Positions 13,610 to 24,500 of a stretch of DNA of 64,000 nt are shown here, in pieces; position 1 is the stretch's first letter, and each line of letters starts with the position of its first letter. The stretch lies in NCBI RefSeq assembly GCF_964204645.1, contig NC_134025.1, forward strand, positions 3,596,001 through 3,660,000, given 5' to 3'. This stretch comes from Tubulanus polymorphus. Its lineage: Eukaryota > Animalia > Nemertea. A program made the translations under genes and the position numbers. The notes under the pieces were generated by a model. The model saw nothing but the letters and a program-made list of their open reading frames with translations. It searched no databases and was not told where the DNA came from.

Positions 13610-13992
13610 CAAATGCGAGAAAAGTAAAACGAAGCACTTGTACAACGAATAATCAACACGAAAGAAACCGAACCCTGAAAAACTTTGGTGGAAAGCGGCA
13701 CTAAAATACGGAACTGGACTGGGACTATGATAACTCATCCAATAATTAACAGAGTATTTTCTTTCTTATTTTTTAACATTTGTTTTGATGCAATATTTAT
13801 TTCAAACGCAACAATAGGATTAATTTCGATATTAGAGAGCTTCGAAATTTACTGCCGAAAGAAATATGGCGCCCTCCATGGTTATTATATTTTGGTAAAT
13901 TTGGTGCGGAGTTTGATCGCTTTTTAACGCAAACTCGCTGCTGCCGTTTTGTCATAAAATGTACATTGGTTATAGCACAGCTATAGAAATCG
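13610..13992. promoter_or_regulatory. Putative bidirectional promoter between NOP16/C6orf120 (-) and STYX (+), including a candidate non-coding leader exon
   Basis: Divergent start codons lie 700 bp apart. YY1-like aatatggcg at about 13863. Minus-strand donor G|GTAGGT at 13610/13609 with ATG-free sequence upstream. Confidence 0.5.
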
Positions 13993-15583
13993 ATGGATCC
14001 GTTTAGATTTCCACCGCTTCCAAGCTCTCAATTCAACGATTCGGTAAGAAACGAAATATCGAACATAGAATAGAATGTCCATCAAGAATATTCAAAATTG
14101 TGCTAATTACCAACCAGAACCCTTTCAAAATTTACATTAAAAGATTATTTCTCATTTTTAGCCGGAATGGTCTTACTCAATGCGGCGAGATATGCAGGTA
14201 ATATCGAGATTAGCTAAAGAATCAGAATGCACTTTCTTCACAATCACAGGGGCTCGTATCAGAGTTGTAGGTAATGTTAAAAACCTGTAAAAATCTGTTA
14301 ATCCAATGTATATAGTATATATAAAATAACGTTATTTTATATATACTAATACTATATACATTGGATTAACAGATTTTTACAGGTTTTTAACATTACCTAC
14401 AACACTGATACGAGCCCCTGTGGCTTCAATCAATATCACTCATTGTTTTTTCAAAAAATGTTGACGCCAACAAAAAGCATTATTTATTCAAAAATTATTT
14501 TTCTACTCTGTAGGAAATAATACCTGGATTATATCTTGGTCCTTACGCTGCTGCTGTCAAATCAAAAGTAGGTCATCAGGAAAATGCAAATATTGAAATA
14601 TTGTATTTGAAATATTATTTATGATGCGTTATAATTTCAGTTGTGCTACCTTCAAAATTTTGGCATCACACATATAATATGTATCAGACAGTCGTGTGAG
14701 GCAAACTTCATTAAACCAAATTTTCCTGATGTTTTCAAGTAAGTTTATAAATGTTGTATTGAAATTATTATCAAGATTCTTTATTATCAAGAGTTCCTTT
14801 ATTGATAATATGCATATAATGTTGTTTTTTTTCCAGATACCTGGTACTCGATATTGCTGACAGTCAAACAGAGAATATTATTCGATTCTTCCCGAAGGTA
14901 ACAACAAACTAATTAGAAATCAATTTGTCGAATTGGTAGTGAATTAATTAGTATTAAAATGCTTGCCACCATTTCAGGTTCGTGACTTTCTGAATAACTG
15001 TTTCCTTACTGGAGGTAAATATGCATAGATTTATTGTTTTTTTTTATGCCCTAAAATGCGACATGTTTCATAGCCTTCAAATATCAAATATGTTTTTTTG
15101 CAGGTAAAGCCTTGGTTCATGGAAACGCCGGAATTTCCAGAAGTGCTGCTCTTATTATCGCGTATGTGATGGAGAAACATGGATTGTCGTACAGGTTAGA
15201 GATCAGACCTCTTTCAAAAACTAATACTGTTCCACGTGTTTTTGTCTCTTAATGAAATTTTTATGAATGAAGGCAGGCTTTAAGTTGAAATTTTTAAATT
15301 TCAGAGAAACGTATTCCTATGTTCAAGAAAGACGTTTTTGTATAAACCCGAATGAAGGCTTCGCGCAGCAACTGCAGGTATTGTGAACATCTTATTCATT
15401 TATGTATAGGACTTTATGTGAAATTGTGAATATAATGACGATAGAATATTTTTGCAGGAATATGAGCCGATCTACAGAGCAAACCTGACTCTAGAATACG
15501 GACATCCATCGATTGAAACTGGCCGTTTAAAACGTAAACTAGACGAAGACGATGATGGTTCAAGTGAAATGATGATTTCATGA
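13993..15583 (+). CDS. STYX: Serine/threonine/tyrosine-interacting protein (dual-specificity pseudophosphatase), 208 aa
   Basis: Exons 13993-14043, 14162-14197, 14514-14567, 14641-14738, 14837-14897, 14978-15014, 15104-15194, 15305-15377 and 15458-15583 sum to 627 nt in frame. The translation contains EWSYSMRRDMQEIIPGLYLGPY and the diagnostic Cys->Gly loop VHGNAGISRSA. Confidence 0.93.
14245..14422. mobile_element. Near-perfect 178-bp palindrome (MITE/foldback) in STYX intron 2
   Basis: cacaggggctcgtatcagagttgtaggtaatgttaaaaacctg... is mirrored by ...caggtttttaacattacctacaacactgatacgagcccctgtg, centred on aataacgttatt. Confidence 0.9.
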
Positions 15584-15706
15584 CACAAATAATTAATGCG
15601 GAATCTGTGGTTAATGCTGCTTATATTAATACAGTAACCCTCGCCTAACTCAAACAAACTGGGGTGGGCAAAATTGATCCAAGTTAGGGATCAGGACAAT
15701 AAGGTA

Positions 15707-15845
15707 CAGTGGAACCTCTTAATAATGAAAACTTAAGGCGATCAGAAAATATGTTCGTTATAACAGTTTGTTATATCAATTATAAGATTATTAAATATTT
15801 CTGTTTAGTACGAAATTCTAGGTTTGTAATAACGAGGTTCCACTG
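15707..15845. mobile_element. Tc1/mariner(pogo)-type MITE in the STYX 3' region
   Basis: TIRs cagtggaacctc / gaggttccactg, with TA on the left flank and TT on the right. Confidence 0.7.
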
Positions 15846-16539
15846 TTGAAAGGAAATCGGAAAATAATTTTGGTTTCGTCAGAATCAGTCGAAAATCTGA
15901 GTCGGTCATGTTTGAGTTTGAGGCCAGGTTTTATCAATACTTGTAAGTAGTATGAATGTTATTCTTCAAATAACGGTATACCGGTAACTCCTGTCTTCTT
16001 AAGTACATCTATTAATATCATACATTTATATCTATGTACTGTTACATCACCTCCGTGATTTGGCTGTAGCTTAATAAAATGGTATGTAAATAATGATGTC
16101 ATAATTTATTACTTTAGGCTCGACTTTTGACATAGAATTTAAACGCTTCAATGCATTTAAGCATGTATTTTGTGCTATTGATCTATGATCATATAAATCT
16201 AGTCATCCTGGCTTTGATGGCTGTTCTAGTGTTCTTTTATTAGCAAATGGTTATTTTCATTGCATTATAACCAACTGATGTAACTGTCCAAAATAGTAAG
16301 TTAGCGTAGAATTTTAGAATACTGGATTTACACATAATTTAGCATTTTAAATTGAAAGTTGTACGGTTTGTAGATATTCCTTTCTTTACAAAAAATCATT
16401 AAAACTATATTTGTATGGAATTTTGTATACTTTTCAAGTAAAAAGTGAATAAACATTGAAATTCTTTTATACTGTTGATTTCTTTTTTATTCGGAGTAGG
16501 ACCATGAATATGTTGAGTATCAAATTGAAGATTCTATAA

Positions 16540-16559
16540 CAGAGAGAGAGAGAGAGAGA
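16540..16559 (+). repeat. (AG)n microsatellite
   Basis: agagagagagagagagag. Confidence 0.8.
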
Positions 16560-16820
16560 AAGGATACTTTAGATATGGATTCATTTATGGAAGATATGAA
16601 ATACAATAGAATTTATTATGATAAAATTAAACGAATTACTTTAATCAAAAAATCTCAAAACTTAATATTTCAAGTAAATCACTGAATACATTAAAGCTGT
16701 AAAAACCCTTACTTTTTACAATTGTAATAACCTATCAATGACTGATCAGTGAAAATTTAAAATACTCATGACACCAGAAGGATACTTGAATAACTTTTAA
16801 CACATAATTACAACACTGAA

Positions 16821-17856
16821 TTAACTATTAAATTCGAATCCTTTGTTTCTATCATATGTAATTGTTGTATCGCCTAATTTGACATGAGACTCATCAATAC
16901 CCATTGCAGTAAAATCTGAAGACGTTTCATCCGAGACACCTTCACAACTTGCAGCCATCGCGATCAGTCTTTTGAATAAGATGAAATTCTCCAGTGGAAT
17001 TGGTGATGAATTTTCTTTTTTCGTTGATCTAGAATTTGAGTTTTCTGCCACAAATATCTGCATGAAATGAAGAGAAGGTTTTTCAAATACCGTAGTATCA
17101 ATTGATAATACCGGTATGCAGGGTTTACAAATCATCTGTAATCATTACCTTTTTGGAGCCAGTTCCTTCTTGAACATAGGTACTTCCACACTTCTCTGGT
17201 TCTATGCTGGATATAGTACTGCCCGATTCCTCTATGCTCAGAGAATGGTGATAGTCACAAAATGATGATACATCAGTAGAATTTTCATCTTTTATATCAG
17301 TATCAATTCCTGAAATTTTAGGTGGACCTTTCTTCTTTGTAGCAGTTTCTACTACAACTGTTGTTTTACTCTTATGCAGCTCTCGTTTCTCTTGTTCCGC
17401 TATTTCTGGTTTTCTTTCGACCTCCTCTAAATCTAATTTACCACTATTTGCTGATGTTTGTGCATTTGAGGGGTCTACTAGTGCTGTAGGTGGCGTTGCC
17501 CACAAGTAACATCTAGTTTTTTTAGAAGTAGCATAGTTAAGGCATGACGTTGGTCTGTTCTCAGATTCCATTGCCATTTTTCTAGCATTAACATCTCGAC
17601 AGATTCCAGTACACATCTGTTTCTCCTTTTTAACCCTAGCCCGTTTATTTTGAAACCAGATATTCACAAATTGTTGAGTTTTGCCCAGCTGATCTGACAA
17701 GCGAATTTTCTCTTCCTTGCTGGGCCACTGATTCGTGTAATACACCTCCTCCAATAACGCTAACTCATCCTTACGAATCACTGTACGTATTCGGCGCTTT
17801 TCAGTCTCTTTTTGGAAGTGGGTATTTGTTTCTTTTTTGGAATTGCTTTCACTCAT
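16821..17856 (-). CDS. Divergent PRD-like (Q50) homeobox protein, 2 coding exons
   Basis: Homeodomain RRIRTVIRKDELALLEEVYYTNQWPSKEEKIRLSDQLGKTQQFVNIWFQNKRARVKK at about 17800-17625. Exons 17856-17149 and 17057-16821 are joined by a 91-nt GT-AG phase-0 intron. The start is uncertain; in-frame ATGs occur slightly upstream. Confidence 0.8.
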
Positions 17857-18513
17857 TTTTGAATGATATACGCGAACACGCATCTTGTGATGCGCGTGAC
17901 TCAGACTTGGAGCGTCTGAACAAATTACCATCCGGTGCTGCCATCTGTCGGGATATTTACGGAGGTCACATGTCACAAATATGGTGGACGACCCTCCACT
18001 GGAAATACTAATAGGCCTAGATATTTACTTGAGTGACATTTGAGAAATAGAGGACATCTCGGCGTTAAACGCACTGGGAAAAGAATCTAAATTATAGTAA
18101 GAATCAAATATTCATTTCTGAAAATAGATGTGGTCTATTTCCATTATTTCAAACATTATTTTTAAGGTTTACAAAAATGGGTCTCAAAAAAGTCCAAGTT
18201 GTTGCACTTTTTACTCTGATTTTTAGTAGGCCTACTTGTTGACTGAATTTTTTTGCTTTAAACTTTGTACTATCCTTACTGAATGGTTAATGTTGTGGGA
18301 CTGTCATTTGTCAACTGCGCCATCATCTGTCCACCTGCCATTATCAGATTATTTGACACCACAAAATATGTGAAATAATTCAAATTGAACAGCTTTACCA
18401 TAATTGACTTATCATGCTTATAAGGCTAGGACCAGCCCAGGATCTATCCCTATGTTGAAATGGGTTGAAAATGGTTTTCCATTTGTTGAATAACCAAATT
18501 TTTAGTTGTGAAA

Positions 18514-21500
18514 ATGGACTTGATTGAAGATGGTCCGGCCCAGAAGCTGAAAGCTGCCTGGGATGATTACACAAAGATCCCTCGAGATCCAATGAAAGAA
18601 GATCAACTTCGTGAGGTAAATCTAACAATCAATGATATTCTTATTATTATTGTTGTTATTCTCTTATGATCAAATTATGCTATAATATTTTGCTTGTCTT
18701 TTTTCAGAGGTCATTCAAATTGGATTGTTTCCTAAAGCTATTTTTGCAAGAGAGACTTGTCGTTGAAAATGTGAGATCATTACATTTCAGGTTAGTTCAA
18801 ATTGATTTCACAAATTTATCATTGTTTTTGAAATAATATCTAGAACAAATCAGGTATCTGAATTCCAGAAACGAGTCATTCTACTTATACATTGACCTTT
18901 CTTGTTATCTCAAAACGTAATTGTGAAATATTTTGCCCTTGTATTTAATAAACATCAATACTATTGATAATTGTCTTATTTTTGCAAATTTTTCAATAAA
19001 TCAACCTTATTTTCTATTGACAGCGACATGAAAAGCGTGTGTAACATATTGTCGCGTGAGTTTTTGTCCGATGTACATTTATGCTGCAATCAAACTCAAG
19101 ATGAGGACGATGTATCTGATTTACAGTTATATTTATTATCTGATCGGGGTTGGATGATTCTTCAGGTTTTGCATCTTATCGGAGTTGATGTGAGTACCGG
19201 TATGAGGACAGTTGATGACTCTTCCAACTGATTACTGAAAAATTGACCGTTTAATAAATCCGTTATCATTTTAGGCATTATCTAGTAATATGGAGCTTGC
19301 TGGGCTCTTGGTGTCCCTCATTCCATTGTGCTGTGGTTTTCCTACCGGTGAAGAAGATCCAGGTAATATTTTCAGAATTGGTGATCATCGTATTCGATGT
19401 GTCTGTATTGAGTATTCTTTCTATCGATGATTTCAGTTGATTGCCCTTTATCATCTGTGGATAGCTTTATGTTTAATACGTCGTGTATCGTCGGAGATCG
19501 GGTGCCGAACGCTCGATGTCAGGAGCGAAAAGATTCCATCACTTCCTCATCTTTAATGACGTTTCGACGTCAGTATCACAGAAGAAATCATTCGATAAAC
19601 TTAGCTTCATCATCAGATTCATGTTCTGATGATGAAACCGCTATCAATGAAAAGCCCAGACGAAAAAGGCTGCAATCGAATGAAAAGCAATATTTCAGCC
19701 TGCGTAACAGCTCGGAACCCGTTAATCAGAATCAATGCTTGTTACTATTTGAAGACTCTTGGAGATTAGACACAGTCCTCAATGCTAACGGCAAATTGAG
19801 CAGTTTGGAATTATGCATGTTGATGTTAGAGTTGCTGAAAGATTTGTGTTTAAGTGATGTCCAGCAACAACAAATCAATAAACAGCTAGCTGTAGCTATG
19901 CTTCCAACTCTTCTAGAGGTACTGAGTAGTATTCAGTCGGAAGAACTAGCTACGACAGAATCGGGTTGGTCAGCTACTTCACGCAGTGTCCTGCAGCGTT
20001 TTATCGTGCGAGTTATTCTTTCATTATCCGTAATTATCAGTTATCATCAAAGCGGTTACGAATGTTTAAAGACGAATGGTGTCTTACCAATGCTGCTAGA
20101 AGTATCAGAAATTTCGCTGAGGCGCGTCGATCTTCATGGAAGCGTAAAAGATGCCGATGAATTTCTGAAAGATTGGTTGATAGTGCAGCTTTGCTACGAA
20201 ATTCTGGAAGGACTTCTGTTACTGTTACACTATCTACTGCGCAATATTCACATCACTACGTCTAGTGTCACTAATGCGTTGAAATTGATCAACGATTTCG
20301 AAGAACATCACGGAAACGCGATGTTGAAAATACTGATCGATTATACCGACTCTCGGCTGTTCGCTGAAACAATTCCCGATCACGTGTTATGCGCACGCGT
20401 CATCGTGGAGTCGAGGCAAATCTTTCGCGCGATTTCACATTTGATTTATACACTCAAGAGTGTCAAAGTTGAATACATTCATTCGATGAAGTGTTTAAAA
20501 CGACGTCATATTCATTGTGAACTGGAGCTATATCAATCTCACCACCATAGTATCCTCGGAAGTCCACATTACGAATACGAGAAGAGTTTCACGAGTAGCG
20601 CTAGTTATGGAAGTTACGATGATTTGTGCGTTCATTCAGTCAACAGTTCAGTTGATAAATATCTGTGCGCAGTTGCTTCCTGGGGACAGATTCTGTTGAA
20701 TATATATTCGGGATTGAAAACTAAATCAATTCAGTTGATGCTTCTGCATAATCTCGAAATATCGGGTCTATGTTGTTGTATCAAGCCACGCGTAATCATC
20801 GAATATTTGCTGGCTGAATTTGAGACGAAGCCGGCGTCGACCAGGACAGCGGTATTACGCGTCATTATAATTCTCTTGCTGGAACATTGTAAGAATAACG
20901 CAAGCGAATCGATCGAACCCTGTTTGACTTGTTCGGACGGAGAGAAGAAGTTCACATCAGCTGCGATGAAAAAAATCATGAAGAAACCTAGCTTGGAGAA
21001 AAACTTCAATGGCGGTTCGGTGGACGGTGATGTGTTTCAGTGTTACGATACGACTGATAGTGCTCTATCGAGTAGTGAGGCTGATACTGAAGACATGTTA
21101 GAGAGTAAATGGTCGTGTTTGAAATCATTTACCGATTTGATAGATTGCGACGTATCAAACGTAAGCTCACAGGTAACTAAACATCTACTGCACTTAATAC
21201 GTCATGGTAATCATGAGATTCAACAAGAACTCTTTTCGAGAGTGCTTATTCCATCGATCAACGGCGCTAAGAAGAAATTCATCACGGACAATAGTTCTGG
21301 TGTTTTAGATGATACAAACTATCACTGGCATACTGTGATTCTGCATTGTTTAAGCGCACTACCTGTGTTGTTACAGTCTAGAACTGCGCAGGCTATCTTT
21401 CATCGTTACGGCTGCTTACAATGCATATCTGAACTTCTAGACATCCCATCTTTACAATCCTCTGTATTGAAGATATTTGAAGTGCTGATCATACTCGGTG

Positions 21501-24500
21501 ATTTAACGCTTCATTCTGAGGTTAAGTCGGAATTGACGCGTGCTGTAAGTATGCAAGACATTGATGAAATATCCGTAGAAGAGGCCGCACCATCGCTCTC
21601 AAAACATCACAGTATCGAACACAGAACGTGCGTGTTGAGTGTCAATGCATTCATTGATATTCTATACAGGCAGCTGGAATTAGACTCGACTAATTTCGAT
21701 AATTGTAACTCGCATGATACCAATGATGACCCGGCACAAGATTATGCAGCTATCACCCGTCTACGATCGGCTTCTACTAAAAGTGTCAGCGCTCCGATTC
21801 CGGATGACTTTTCCTTTCTCGAAAACATGTGGAACACTTGTGAAAAACTTTTTATTCACAGTTCAACATTCAAATCTACATTCCTTACCCGACATGGCAC
21901 ACATGTTACGTACAAATGTTTGAAGTCAATGCTTAGATCATTAGGTTCTGTTAGTGAAGACCAAACAAGTGTAATGATGAGAAAAACAGTTTTCATGAAG
22001 AAAGTTGCCATAATAGTATCACAACTGCGTATGTGTATGGAATGGTGCAGTAATAGTTCAGATAAGGTAAAAACGATTGTTTTTAGAAATACTCGTCGAC
22101 GAGGTTAAATTTGTGCTTCCATTTCTTTTTGTATTTCCATTTGTTACAACAGAACTTCACTATTAGTCACTTGATGAAGAATGTAAAGGACATCATATTG
22201 CAAAATGCACCACAGAATTCTGCAGATTTGAAGCTGTTATGTAACGGTCTTATTAGTGTATCAGTTCCCAGGTCATCTGTAGAAGAGCTGCTTAGGAGTA
22301 ATGCACATACATTTATGGTATAGCTCGTTTATATATTGATTTCAATTGAAAATACTCTCCTTTCATTAATGCATGTTAAAGAATTGGTTGTTTTTAGCAC
22401 TTTGAGAATGAATTTGAACAAGATGACAATGACATCAGCACAGATTCGAGTAGTCTGGAAAGTGATTATACTGAACTCGGCTATGAAGCTGATGTTGAGT
22501 ATGTGGCTAATGATGCAGAAGACGGTGAGTTTGTTTTATTCTTACCGTATATATTTTGATTATTGAAAAAGGATTTGATTCTAAAACTGTCATGTCTGTT
22601 ATGAAGGCGTCAACAAACGCAGCAGACATATTTGGAGGCTGCCGCTTGAAAAGTCTCTAGCATATCCGCAGATCATTGTTTCCACGTTGTCACTGATTGC
22701 GGAGCTTGATCAGAAAACTGGGGAAATTGCGCAATCACTTCTTCACGATATTATCAGCATGGCGAAAGAAACACCTGCTAATTGTATCTCGCTGTACGAT
22801 GAGGTAATTCATTCATTTGATGAAATTGATTGTCGATTGTTCGACTTGAGCTGTAATTCAATTCGTGTCATCATTCGGTTGTAGAATTTGGTGAATGTTT
22901 TACTCGAGCAATTTTCTGATGTCATTTCAAGTGAGGAATATGCAGGAAGTGGTTAGTATTATCTATGTCGGTGTATCATAGCTCATATTTTAGCTGCTTT
23001 TGCTTTATCTATGTAAGTACTATGTAATTTTCAGTTGTTCAGAAGCAATTGTTAGAGTTGTTTATGGAACTTGCTAAACTTATGTTTTCTTCGGTTGAGT
23101 TGCGCTTCTATTTGAACTTGTTCAAGCAAGACAAACCTGCAGTTGTAAGTTATTCTTTAACTTTGTATGAAATAGATGAACTACAAAAAATAGTAGCTAG
23201 ATTATTATCTAATTGTTAAACTATTGTTTGATTTATTCCTTAGAAAATTCTTCTGGCTACATTGGCAACATTAGCTGAAAACATGGTTATGCAACCGACA
23301 TATATCCTGACTTTCCCAGCTCTATCAAACACCAACTCGACTACTACCCAGAGAACAAATAGTGCTTCGAGTGTATCTTCACAAACAGCATCTCCTGGAA
23401 TTATACAAACATCAGGATCATACATAGTCGTTACGCATGAAGATGCCTTAGGTATTGCTGCGTCGGAAAAAGGCGTTCATAATGATAAAACAAAGCCTTC
23501 AACTAAGAAGACGTCTCCGTGGACCTGTGGGTCTCTGCAGCTGCCACTTAGTGATTATCTGATGTGGACAGCTAAAAGCAAGTCATTTAGCACTTCACTG
23601 TGGCTGAGAGTTCAGAGTTCTGGCTTCCGTATGAGTAATCCAACATTAAGAAGCAGAAGCCGATACAATAGGAATTCGTCAGTTCTTGACAACAGCTCTG
23701 GTTCAGAAGCACTCGGTGAGTTACAGGCACTTTTCCATTTGAAACATTTTCATCTAAAAAAGTTCATTATTTGAATATGCCTTGGGTTATCATCTGATTA
23801 TAATCATGCATGTTTGTTTTGAATGTTGTTTTGCGTTAGGTCACCCATTTTCCAATTATCTTACAATTTGGTATCAATTAACTCAACCTGACCCTGGTGA
23901 GTTTTTCTTAGCCATAACGTAATGCTAATTTCAGTAGATATCCAAGCAAATCAAAACTGTTCGTGATCACAGTTAAATTTGATTCATTTATTGCAGAATC
24001 ATTAATAATCGAGAACTAATTTTTTGCTCAATGATTCTTATTTCATAACTGCATCCTTACCTCTAATATCATTTCAATTGATAATAATGAATACCGATAC
24101 ATTTTGGCTTGCTGTGCATGATTAACAATTCATTATCGTATCAGTGATTTTACATTGTATACATTTTCATTATTTATAGTATTGTAAAATCATAGTAACA
24201 ATATCTATGACAAATACGTATCAAAATCATGATGCCTAGTCTTCAGTTCATGTGATTGGTACAAATAATCTTTAGTTCTTGCTGGTGAGAATGTTGTGAG
24301 ATGTCTCGAAGTGACGCATATAGTTCAAATTACCGTATGTCTTATTGAAATATGCGTGAACATACATTCTGAAGCAATTTTCATTTTTAGATAGTGATTA
24401 TCAAGCATCTGCTGTCAATAACAAGGCACCTTACCGTAAACTATCAGTAGCCAGGAATTTGACTGATAACTGTTTACATTTATTCTCTGTCGGCTCCAAG

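Noticed and set aside
15110-15150. Phosphatase lacking the catalytic Cys, as a pseudogene or a novelty
   Set aside because: HGNAGISRS is the normal, well-known STYX pseudophosphatase signature, and the frame is intact.
17125-17150. Overlap of the homeobox ORF and ORF 16821-17135, suggesting a frameshift or a 13-nt micro-intron (gtaatgattacag)
   Set aside because: An ordinary 91-nt GT-AG intron (17148-17058) with a good polypyrimidine tract joins the two frames.
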